From an uncultured Eubacteriales bacterium (GTDB lineage: Bacteria > Acidobacteriota > Aminicenantia > Aminicenantales > Aminicenantaceae): DNA of 64,000 nucleotides. Under the pieces are notes generated by a model. That model saw nothing but the letters and a program-made list of their open reading frames with translations, did no database searches and had not been told where the DNA came from. The stretch spans positions 17,975 to 81,974 of the forward strand of contig CAYWDH010000001.1 in the NCBI GenBank assembly GCA_964456985.1, written 5' to 3'. Positions 8,940-17,525 of this stretch are shown here, piece by piece. Positions within the stretch are counted from its first letter, which is position 1. Every line of letters begins with the position of its first letter. Position numbers and translations under genes: made by a program.

Positions 8940-11090
8940 TTAATTTGACTTCCCTTCCAATTGTTTGATCCACTGCTCTATTTTTTCTCTTCTTTCCGCA
9001 GGCATGCTGTTTTGATAAAGGTCAAGGTATTTCGAAAAATACTTCAACGCCTTTTTATTTTCTCCTCTATTCATATGACTAAAACCAAGATTGTAAAGAG
9101 GAAGCCCGTATTCCGGATCAATTGCCAGTGATTGTTCCCATGCCTCAATAGCTTTATCCATGTCTCCAGCCTCTCTATAGGCAGCCCCCAACCCATTATA
9201 CGCCACTGCATTTTCAGGATTGATTTCAACCGCTTTTTTGTAATTTTCAATGGCTTTTTGTAATTCCTGCTCATTTTTTGTATTAAGAAAAATCGAGAGA
9301 TAAGCATTTCCCCTGTTATCGTAAGTCGAAGCAAAATCACTATCTATGGAAACAGCCTTATCTAAAGACTCCAAAGCTTTCCCGTATTCTCCTTTTCTTG
9401 TGTAGGCGATCCCAAGGAAATTCCATAATTCAGCATCTGTATCCTTCTGCGGGATATCAATCTCATTAAAAACAGAAATGACCTTATCGCTTTGGCCTGC
9501 TTCTGTTAAAAAATTGAGATAAGCTGAAAAAACCTCATGACTTGTAGGGCAGTTCTTCATCCCCTGTTCAATAACTAAAAGGGCACCTTTGAAATTCCCT
9601 TCCTCTTTGTACAGAACCGCTAAATTTGAATAAGCCAAACCAATGTCTTTTCTTTCTGTGATCACTTCCTGAAGCATTCTAATGGCTTCCTGTTTTCTTC
9701 CTTTCAAAAAGTACTGTTTCGCCACTATCGATTTATCGTAAAAAGGCAGAAGACTTTTAATATCCGTATCCGGCCCGAATTCTTTCTCATCTCTACTGGA
9801 TGAGCCTGAAACATAACCAAGGCTTTTCAGCTTGCGAAGGGCTTCTTCATTCAGAGAGCTCTGGGAATCCTCCTTCTCCTTGGCAGAATATTTCTCCATA
9901 ATGTCATCCAGTTTTTTTCTGTATCTGCCTAATTCTTTTTCCTTGGCCATGTTGTTCTTTTCGTTAAAATCCTTATGCAAATCGTAAACCTCGGGAATGG
10001 GAGATTCTATATATTTTTCTCCGTCATCAATGAATCCATAAAGCGGAGCCCAATCTCTGTTGTATACTTTTTCGTAGTAAGGATAGAGCGATTCAAAATA
10101 GATAGGACCGTGTTCCAGCTTTTTTCCTTTCATAGCAGGAAGAAGCGAAACTCCTGTAAGGATATCAGGCTCTTTGAGATTCAATACATCGCATATGGTT
10201 GGAAAGATATCTATATGCCCCACATAATTCGGGACATTCCCTGGCTTTATTCCAGGAAAATAGAAAATTAGAGGTATCCATAGAGTCGTATTGTAAGCAA
10301 AATATCCATGTGTTAACTCCCCGTGCTGCCATAGACCTTCACCATGATCTCCCGTCAAAACAATAAGGGTATTCTTATACAGATTTTCTGATCCCAGATA
10401 ATCAAAAATTTTTCCTATCTCAGAATCCACATAAGCAACTTCTCCGTCGTACAGGTTTTTCTTGAATCGATCTTTAAAAGGCTGGGGAGGCTCATACGGT
10501 GCGTGAGGGTCATACACATGCACCCACATAAACCAAGGAGAAGATTGGCTTTTAACCCACATAAGCGCTCTGCTAACCACTTCTTCTGCTTTTCTTTCCA
10601 CATAGTATTTATCACCCCGATTGAGTTGGTTCCCATACTCATCGTCATAAGTGCTGAATCCCTGATCAAGCCCAAATGTTGAATCCAGAGGATAGGCTCC
10701 CACAAAAGCACCTGTGGCGTATCCCATATCTTTTAAAAATTCAGCCAGAGTCAAATATTCTTCATGTACGGTAAAACTTGAATTATCATGGACACCGTGA
10801 TACAGAGGCGTTCTGCCTAAAAGGATATTGGTGTGGGAAGGAAGGGTTGTTGATGTGTGAGCAAAGGCATGATCAAACAAAACTCCTCTGTGAGCCAGAG
10901 AGTCAATATGCGGAGTTTCGAGATGTTCCCTGCTGTAACAGCTCAATCTGTCGGATCTGAGCGTATCAATGGTGATAAGAAGGACATTCCATCCTTTTCC
11001 CTTGATCTTTGCCGCAGCAGAAGAAAGCAAACAGAAGAAAATTAATATAAAGACCATAAAAAAAGAAAAATTAGGTATTCTTTTTTTCAT
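8940..11090 (-). CDS. Sulfatase-fold (alkaline-phosphatase superfamily) protein with C-terminal TPR repeats; the catalytic Cys is replaced by Thr
   Basis: N-terminal LLITIDTLRSDRLSCY...TPHIDSLAHRGVLF...TTLPSHTNILLGR aligns with the sulfatase CxPSR block but reads TLPSH, so Cys becomes Thr and Arg becomes His. The C-terminal ~300 aa are TPR-like repeats (AYSNLAVLYKEEGNF..., AYNGLGAAYREAGDMDKAIEAWEQSL...). A signal peptide is present. Confidence 0.75.
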   Translation of the reverse strand: MKKRIPNFSFFMVFILIFFCLLSSAAAKIKGKGWNVLLITIDTLRSDRLSCYSREHLETPHIDSLAHRGVLFDHAFAHTSTTLPSHTNILLGRTPLYHGVHDNSSFTVHEEYLTLAEFLKDMGYATGAFVGAYPLDSTFGLDQGFSTYDDEYGNQLNRGDKYYVERKAEEVVSRALMWVKSQSSPWFMWVHVYDPHAPYEPPQPFKDRFKKNLYDGEVAYVDSEIGKIFDYLGSENLYKNTLIVLTGDHGEGLWQHGELTHGYFAYNTTLWIPLIFYFPGIKPGNVPNYVGHIDIFPTICDVLNLKEPDILTGVSLLPAMKGKKLEHGPIYFESLYPYYEKVYNRDWAPLYGFIDDGEKYIESPIPEVYDLHKDFNEKNNMAKEKELGRYRKKLDDIMEKYSAKEKEDSQSSLNEEALRKLKSLGYVSGSSSRDEKEFGPDTDIKSLLPFYDKSIVAKQYFLKGRKQEAIRMLQEVITERKDIGLAYSNLAVLYKEEGNFKGALLVIEQGMKNCPTSHEVFSAYLNFLTEAGQSDKVISVFNEIDIPQKDTDAELWNFLGIAYTRKGEYGKALESLDKAVSIDSDFASTYDNRGNAYLSIFLNTKNEQELQKAIENYKKAVEINPENAVAYNGLGAAYREAGDMDKAIEAWEQSLAIDPEYGLPLYNLGFSHMNRGENKKALKYFSKYLDLYQNSMPAERREKIEQWIKQLEGKSN

Positions 11091-11156
11091 TTTATTTATC
11101 TAATATCTATCTTACACACCTTTTTGTATGAGTCAAATAGTATCAAATCACTTTTA

Positions 11157-11185
11157 TTGACTTTATCTCTTATTTCCTATTATAT
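11157..11185 (+). promoter_or_regulatory. Sigma70-like promoter TTGACT-N17-TTATAT upstream of the ABC ATPase gene
   Basis: TTGACT at 11157-11162, a 17-nt spacer, then TTATAT at 11180-11185, about 75 nt upstream of the start at 11260. Confidence 0.5.
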
Positions 11186-11259
11186 TATAAACCAGCAGCG
11201 CTAAGGGATAATATAAACAAAAAATAGTCTTCAGATGACCATTACACAAGGGAAACAAA

Positions 11260-12033
11260 ATGCTTGAAATCAAAAACCTCGTCAAAAAATACAGTGCCAT
11301 CCGCGCCGTGGATGATGTGAGCTTCAAACTGAAAAAAGGAGAAACCACCGCGTATTTGGGCCCTAACGGAGCAGGCAAAACAACCACATTAAAGATGATG
11401 GCCTGCCTTCTTGAGCCCACTCAAGGTCACATTTTCTACAACGGAATAGATATCCGGAAAAATACCATAGAATACAAAAAACACATCGGGTATGTCCCGG
11501 AAAACTCTCAAATCTACCCCCATCTCAGTGCCTCCGAATACCTGACGCTTGTAGGCAGGCTGCGGCATATTCCTGAAAAAGAACTTCAAACCAAGATCAA
11601 AGAAATGATGAGACTTCTCGATCTATCCGTTGAAATGGACTTTTCCGTCTCTTCATATTCCAAAGGCATGATCCAAAAAGTGCTCATTGCTTCCAGCCTT
11701 CTTCATGATCCGGATATTCTTCTTTTTGATGAACCACTGACCGGACTGGATGTGACAACCAGCCGGTTTATCAAAGACCTCTTAAACCTTCTTGCCAAAG
11801 AGGGAAAGACCATCATCTATTCTTCTCACATCCTGGAAGTGGTCGAAAAAATATGCAGCCGGATCATCATCATCCATGAAGGCAGGATCGTGGCGGATGA
11901 TTCTGAAGACAATCTCAGGAAACTCATGAAAGCCCCTTCCCTGGAAAGTATATTCGGCAAGCTGACCGTGACTGAAGATACCCGAGCCAAAGCCAGAGAA
12001 ATGATGGATATCATCACATACAAAACAAACTGA
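11260..12033 (+). CDS. ABC transporter ATP-binding protein (ABC-2 exporter type)
   Basis: Walker A GPNGAGKTT, signature-like YSKGMIQKV, Walker B LLLFDEPLTGLD and H-loop SSHIL. Confidence 0.9.
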   Translation: MLEIKNLVKKYSAIRAVDDVSFKLKKGETTAYLGPNGAGKTTTLKMMACLLEPTQGHIFYNGIDIRKNTIEYKKHIGYVPENSQIYPHLSASEYLTLVGRLRHIPEKELQTKIKEMMRLLDLSVEMDFSVSSYSKGMIQKVLIASSLLHDPDILLFDEPLTGLDVTTSRFIKDLLNLLAKEGKTIIYSSHILEVVEKICSRIIIIHEGRIVADDSEDNLRKLMKAPSLESIFGKLTVTEDTRAKAREMMDIITYKTN

Positions 12034-12044
12034 ATGAGACAATC

Positions 12045-13775
12045 ATGAAAATGCTCCTGCCCAGCAGAAAACAGAAAAGCCCTATCCTCACGCTCACCCG
12101 GCATTTTTTCGATCGGTTGTTTCAAAACGATATCGTCTCGTTTGAAGAACAAATGACAGGGCGGATCATTGCGGTCATGGCCATACTGAGTGTTTATTTC
12201 GGATTCGTGGCTTTCTGGCTGACCGGTCACTATACTATTTTTCCTGATCAAGGGACATCGTGGCAGGAAAAATTCATCATGCTCGCTATCACCATGCTGG
12301 TGATTGCTGTTTTATCCCTTTTGGAATGGGATTCTCTTTTCCTTGACTCCCGCGATTACGCTCATTTTGCGCCGCTTCCCCTCAATGTCCGAACTCTATT
12401 CCTGGCTAAGTTTCTGAGCCTCTTCATTTTTTCAGGGATTTTTGCACTTGGGATAAATGTCCTGGTGGCTTTTACATTTTTTAGTACCTTTGCCACTTAT
12501 GTGTCCAATAAAATATCGTTTATTCCCTATTTTTTTCTGGTCCATTTTTTGGCATCTTTTGCCGCTTCTTTTTTTACTCTTTTCTTTTTTGCCTCTTTTG
12601 TGGGAGCTTTATCTGTTGTTTTGGGAGAAAAAATATTCAAAAAAGTCTCCAGCTATATAAGAGGGATCCTCCTGGTTATAGCGGTCTTCCTGGGATTAAA
12701 CGCACTGACCATAGATGTTACTTTTTACGAAAGCCTAGCCCAGACTCTAGCATCCTGGAAAGCCCAGGCGTTAAGTAAAATGATATTGGTGCCTCCTCTG
12801 TGGTTTACCGGTCTCTATGAAACGCTTTTAGGAAATAAAGATCCCATTTTCCACGCGCTGGCCTCTGTGGCCCTGCTATCCATTCCCGTTAGTTTAGGAG
12901 CTCTTTATATGACTGTGGGATTGAGCTTTCGCCGGCACCTTAAAAAATTCACTGCTGCGATTCCCAGGAAAAAGCTTTTCTTCAGATTAAAAGAATCGGT
13001 GTTCCATATTATGCAAAAGTTGCTTCTCCGTCATCCGGACCAAAGAGCGGTTTTTGATTTTTACAGAAAGACCATGAAATCAAGCCAAATCCACCGAACC
13101 CGGTTGATTGGTTTTCTGGCAGCCGGAACCGGAATCATTCTCTTTTATCTTTTGGGCTGGCGTGTTTCCCTGACTTCCCTCAGCGAGGTCAACCGGATCT
13201 CTCTATCCATTCCCCTTATATTCAATCTTTTTTTGATTCTAGGGATCCGGAATGTGGTCAATGTTCCCTCTGCCTTAGAAGCCAACTGGATCTTTCAGCT
13301 TACAGAGAAAAAATCTCTCCATCATTATTTATCCGGACTTCGCAAAGGCATCCTCTTTCTTAATATTCTGCCGATAAGTATTCTATTTTTCGTCTTTTAC
13401 GCCCTTCTCTGGGATGCAACAACAGCCTCTTATTTCTTAGTCTATATTTTGGGAATCTCCATTCTTTTGGTTGAAGTGTTTTTTGCTAGATATCATAAAA
13501 TCCCGTTTGCCTGTTCGTACATACCTGGAAAGGAAAAATTTCACATCTATCTGATATTCTATATCATTGGATTTGTCCTTTACTATTTTCTCACTACCTC
13601 TGTGGCGACGGTTCTTCTCCAAAATCCTCTGTATCTGGCTGTGTTCTGGGCGGGGATTCTGGTTTCTGTTTTGGGGCTCAGGCTCTATCAGAACCGCTTC
13701 TTTTATCCCCGCACACAGATCATTTATGAAGAAGAAATCGAACCGGTCATGGTCACTCTGGACAGTTCTTTCTAA
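12045..13775 (+). CDS. Polytopic membrane protein, putative ABC-2 permease partner of atypical size (576 aa, more than 12 TM helices)
   Basis: Starts 12 nt after the ABC ATPase stop. Extremely hydrophobic with many predicted TM segments and no recognisable catalytic motif. Confidence 0.5.
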   Translation: MKMLLPSRKQKSPILTLTRHFFDRLFQNDIVSFEEQMTGRIIAVMAILSVYFGFVAFWLTGHYTIFPDQGTSWQEKFIMLAITMLVIAVLSLLEWDSLFLDSRDYAHFAPLPLNVRTLFLAKFLSLFIFSGIFALGINVLVAFTFFSTFATYVSNKISFIPYFFLVHFLASFAASFFTLFFFASFVGALSVVLGEKIFKKVSSYIRGILLVIAVFLGLNALTIDVTFYESLAQTLASWKAQALSKMILVPPLWFTGLYETLLGNKDPIFHALASVALLSIPVSLGALYMTVGLSFRRHLKKFTAAIPRKKLFFRLKESVFHIMQKLLLRHPDQRAVFDFYRKTMKSSQIHRTRLIGFLAAGTGIILFYLLGWRVSLTSLSEVNRISLSIPLIFNLFLILGIRNVVNVPSALEANWIFQLTEKKSLHHYLSGLRKGILFLNILPISILFFVFYALLWDATTASYFLVYILGISILLVEVFFARYHKIPFACSYIPGKEKFHIYLIFYIIGFVLYYFLTTSVATVLLQNPLYLAVFWAGILVSVLGLRLYQNRFFYPRTQIIYEEEIEPVMVTLDSSF

Positions 13776-13839
13776 AAGAAAACATGGAACGACCCTTTTT
13801 TTTACAGAAATGTTTAAGAAAAATCATCTTCCGCTTTTG

Positions 13840-13868
13840 TTGACTTTAGGTTCCTTCCACTATTATAT
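13840..13868 (+). promoter_or_regulatory. Sigma70-like promoter TTGACT-N17-TTATAT upstream of the DUF362 gene
   Basis: TTGACT at 13840-13845 and TTATAT at 13863-13868. This is the same architecture as the promoter at 11157. Confidence 0.5.
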
Positions 13869-13919
13869 TAATGACATGGCTAGCGAGGGATAGATAAATA
13901 TGAGTGAAAGGATTTCCAG

Positions 13920-15071
13920 ATGAAGTCAATAAACCGCAGGGAATTTTTGAGATTATCATCCATAGGTTTGATTACAGCTGTGTCTCACAATTGTTCCAAT
14001 CAATCAGAATCCATGGCTAATCCCATAAAAGAAAAAACTCTTCCTGACTCTTCGGCACAAGTGGCTGCATTCCGCGGGCATGACCTCTCTGTCATGACAA
14101 ATCAAGCCTTAGAGGCACTTGGAGGCATTGAGAAAGTCGTTCATCCTGGAGAAAGTGTGTTCATCAAGCCCAACATGGTGACTCTTCCCTGGGCTTATTT
14201 GGGACACAATCCATTCAAACTTGGAGAATGCGCCAAACCGGAGGTCATTATCACGGTAGCTGAACAATGCTTGAAGGCAGGTGCTTCTGAAGTGATCATC
14301 GGGGACGGTTCTCAAATGCCCCGGTTTGACTGGAAATATGCCACCTATCTGGATGGCTCAACAAATATGGTCAAAGAATCCGAACGCCTCAATTCACAGT
14401 ATAAAGGTCAGGTCAGACTGAGCTGCTTGGAAGTGGACACGCCTCGATGGATAGAGGTCCCCACTGAAATATCACTCAAAAAGGTTGCTATTTCCAGTCT
14501 TGTAACTGAAGCTGACCGGATCATCTCTGTCCCTGTGATCAAGACCCATATGTGGGCAAAGCTCTCTCTTTCCCTAAAGAATTTTATCGGCATTACTCCG
14601 CTAAAACGTTATGGATGGAAGAATGAGCCGAACTATGACCGGGTCGACCTCCACCGGCGAGATTATACTCCAGAAGCCATGGCCCGACTCTATATAGATA
14701 TCACCTCTGCCATAAAACCTGATCTCGCGGTTATTGATGGGTCTATCTGTGTAGAGAGGAATGGTCCCTCAGTCGGTGAAGGATTAGGCGTGACCGTTGA
14801 CATGAAGGATCGATTGGGTTCCTGGCTGATTATTGCCAGCACTGACCTTGTGGCAGCTGATGCCACCGCTGCGCGGGTTATCAACCATGATGCTTCTTAC
14901 GTGGACCAAATCCTTACTTTAGCAAGAAAAAAGAACCTGGGGATCACGGATCAAGAATCCATTGATATGAAGGGAGAAAAGCTTGATGACCTCCGTGTAG
15001 ATTGGACTCCTGCTAGACTTGCCATCTCGGCCTATGATGCTTATTCCACAAGAATGATCAACATTGCCTGA
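13920..15071 (+). CDS. DUF362-domain protein with twin-arginine (Tat) signal peptide
   Basis: N-terminal Tat motif NRREFLRLSSIGLITAV. DUF362-like core VFIKPNMVT...IGDGSQMPRFDW. Length is 383 aa. Confidence 0.55.
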   Translation: MKSINRREFLRLSSIGLITAVSHNCSNQSESMANPIKEKTLPDSSAQVAAFRGHDLSVMTNQALEALGGIEKVVHPGESVFIKPNMVTLPWAYLGHNPFKLGECAKPEVIITVAEQCLKAGASEVIIGDGSQMPRFDWKYATYLDGSTNMVKESERLNSQYKGQVRLSCLEVDTPRWIEVPTEISLKKVAISSLVTEADRIISVPVIKTHMWAKLSLSLKNFIGITPLKRYGWKNEPNYDRVDLHRRDYTPEAMARLYIDITSAIKPDLAVIDGSICVERNGPSVGEGLGVTVDMKDRLGSWLIIASTDLVAADATAARVINHDASYVDQILTLARKKNLGITDQESIDMKGEKLDDLRVDWTPARLAISAYDAYSTRMINIA

Positions 15072-15214
15072 CCTAGCAAGGTCACTCTGGATATCTTTAT
15101 TGTCTCAGCGCTCGTGGCCCTGGCTATGGCCTGGATCACCGTGAGCCTTCAAACCCGAAAAGCCGCCCAGGCCAATTCCATCGCATCCCTGCGTTATGAG
15201 TGATGCTGGACGCT

Positions 15215-15296
15215 AATTTTCTCATGTACTTTCTTTTATATGGGGTTCTTTGTTGACTCAACCTCTACTTTATATGCATGATGGGAGATGAAGTCG
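15215..15296 (+). repeat. Copy A of an ~85-nt conserved intergenic element with a TTGACT box and a conserved core ATGATGGGAGAYGAAG; the second copy is at 22725-22816
   Basis: Direct comparison shows about 80% identity over ~85 nt. The TTGACT to ATGATGGGAGA spacing is 25 nt in both copies. Copy A is followed by a 30-codon ORF (15278-15370, MMGDEVAYRMGICWNG...) and points toward the 3' end of convergent pckG. Confidence 0.6.
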
Positions 15297-15380
15297 CTTA
15301 TAGGATGGGAATTTGTTGGAATGGAGTGAAAATCAACAACAACAGAAAAACCAATTTCCTATGTTTATGAAATACTCTGA

Positions 15381-17267
15381 TTATGCATAGGTGTCAGGCA
15401 GGATGTAATCTCCGTGTTCTTGCTGTGCTTTTTGCAAGCGTTTATGTTCTTCTTCAAGATTCGAGAACAGGATTTCCGGAGTATCAGGCACCTTTGACCT
15501 GTAAACTTCCTCAATGCGAACGATCTTTGCTAAGAGCTCTGGAATACGGAGCTTGAATTGCTCATCATAATCCTCTTTCTTGTATTCCTTGTTCAGTACC
15601 TGTTTGAAGAGCTTACTCAGATCTTCATATTTAGGAATATAACCGATGGGTGTCTTAATGGCATCGGCCTCGTCATGAGCGCGGAGCTCCATCCATTTGA
15701 GCCAAACGTACTTGTCAGTTTTTGCATTGAGAAAATCGCCATCTTCTCCTTTGAGGAAGTAATTAACAGAGAAGATAAGCGGTGGATTAGGGATGGTACT
15801 GCCGAAATCGAGATTGCTCTGGATATACTTGCCAAGAGGGATAGAGATAAAGTCAAGATTGCTCATAAGGTTGAATTTTCTTACCCCTTCCTTGCCCAAT
15901 GTTGCTGCGGTGGTCTCGGATTCAAGGGAAGATGCCTTATTGATGATACCGTGTACCCAGTTAAATGATTGAACAACCGGAGGCCAGGTATCTGAATCCC
16001 TGCCGCCATAGATGATGCCACTTACCGGACAACCTTCAGAATCATCTAGCTTTGGATCAACATTTTCCAGAGTGTTGAGTTCGATCGTAAATCGGGCATT
16101 TCGGTGAGAAGGTGTGATTTCGTTGCCCTCTTTATCCTTCTTTCCCTTATGCCAATCACCGGAATGGTTAGTCCCCTTTTCCGGTACATCCTCATCATCC
16201 TTGCCTATCCAGTATATGTTATTATCTTCCTTTACCAGGATATTGGAAACGATGCTCTCCTTTCCCTCAGCATGCAATCTCTTCCAGATAATGGGATCAT
16301 CCTTAGAATTGACCCCCATAATGATGCCGAACATGCCGTACTCAACGTTCACTGCATAGACATCATCGCCCTTTTTTCTCAGGTATGCAATATCGTCACC
16401 AACGATGGTTTCACCTTCAACCATTGAAGTGGATGTCTTTCCGCACAGAGAGGGGAATGCGCCGGTGAAGTACGAAACCCGGTTGTTGGGGCCATGCACG
16501 CCCATGAGGAACATGTGCTCGGTAAGCCAACCCTCCTCAGATGCGCGGTGGATGGCAAGGCGCATGGCGAGTTTTTTCAATCCAATGGTGTTACCACCGT
16601 ACTGGGTATTGGTGCTGTAAACAATATCTTCCTGCGTATCGATGTATATTCTCCGCTTGTCAATGTTCTTTGAGGTATTTCGCTCATCTAATTCGCCCTG
16701 ACTGTGCACGAATTTGAAGAAACGTGCATTCCTCCCCTGACGTACGAATTCCTCGTAGCCAGGTCGATAGAGCAGCTTTTCAGAGTGGGATACATAGCTT
16801 GAGTCAGTAAGCTGAGCACACGGGATTGAAAAGATAGAGTTTCCGGGACCGAGTGTGAAGAACCGTACGTAAAGCTCATGCCCCTTCATGATATCCTTCA
16901 GGATGGACTGCAGCTCTTTCAATCCTTCTTCCTTATCTATTGCGTTGATATTGGGACCAAGATCAATACCTTTCGGAACAAGGAATTTTGTTTGCTTTTT
17001 GTCTCGCGCCTGATCGTAGTAGCCGTCGAAGTGGACTGTCTGCCCTTCGATTGCAAGCTTTTTCTCTTCACCATTCTTTATTGCTGCCTGGCGAATGTAA
17101 TCCTTATCCTCTTGAGAATCATCACAAACGAAAACCGATTCAGGATTGCACAGATCAATATAGTGCGCAATAAATGCATGAAGATCAGGATTATCGATCT
17201 TAAGCAGTTTTTCCAGGTCCTTCTCATCCAGTCTCTGCTTCAAGATTTTCTCAGTCGCTTCATCCAT
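15381..17267 (-). CDS. pckG: Phosphoenolpyruvate carboxykinase (GTP)
   Basis: 628 aa. GTP-PEPCK kinase-1a P-loop GAFPSLCGKTSTSM plus conserved FVNWFRK-type blocks. Length and order match the GTP-dependent family. Confidence 0.9.
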   Translation of the reverse strand: MDEATEKILKQRLDEKDLEKLLKIDNPDLHAFIAHYIDLCNPESVFVCDDSQEDKDYIRQAAIKNGEEKKLAIEGQTVHFDGYYDQARDKKQTKFLVPKGIDLGPNINAIDKEEGLKELQSILKDIMKGHELYVRFFTLGPGNSIFSIPCAQLTDSSYVSHSEKLLYRPGYEEFVRQGRNARFFKFVHSQGELDERNTSKNIDKRRIYIDTQEDIVYSTNTQYGGNTIGLKKLAMRLAIHRASEEGWLTEHMFLMGVHGPNNRVSYFTGAFPSLCGKTSTSMVEGETIVGDDIAYLRKKGDDVYAVNVEYGMFGIIMGVNSKDDPIIWKRLHAEGKESIVSNILVKEDNNIYWIGKDDEDVPEKGTNHSGDWHKGKKDKEGNEITPSHRNARFTIELNTLENVDPKLDDSEGCPVSGIIYGGRDSDTWPPVVQSFNWVHGIINKASSLESETTAATLGKEGVRKFNLMSNLDFISIPLGKYIQSNLDFGSTIPNPPLIFSVNYFLKGEDGDFLNAKTDKYVWLKWMELRAHDEADAIKTPIGYIPKYEDLSKLFKQVLNKEYKKEDYDEQFKLRIPELLAKIVRIEEVYRSKVPDTPEILFSNLEEEHKRLQKAQQEHGDYILPDTYA

Positions 17268-17450
17268 TCTATCCTCCTTTGAATTTTAGATAAATACCTC
17301 ACAAAGACGATGGAATATAGCACATCTTTCAAACGAAAGCAAGGGCTTTTTTATTTTTTCCGATTGCTCTCACTCCCCATTGCAGCTGCAGAAATCACCA
17401 GCAGCAATAAAACCCAAATTCTTATCATTTCAGATTAAAATGATTATTAA

Positions 17451-17479
17451 TTGACAATAATTACATTTACCTATACGAT
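17451..17479 (+). promoter_or_regulatory. Sigma70-like promoter TTGACA-N17-TACGAT for the catalase gene, overlapped on its upstream side by an AT-rich pseudo-palindrome
   Basis: TTGACA at 17451-17456 and TACGAT at 17474-17479. The upstream element AATGATTATTAATTGACAATAATTACATT at 17437-17468 resembles a Fur/PerR-type operator. Confidence 0.4.
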
Positions 17480-17525
17480 GAAGGAATTCGAAAAAAATCT
17501 AAAACGAATTTAAGGAGATAAATCG

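Noticed and set aside
11163-11420. Minus-strand 85-aa ORF overlapping the promoter and 5' end of the ABC ATPase gene
   Set aside because: It overlaps a CDS carrying Walker motifs and spans the AT-rich promoter. Spurious.
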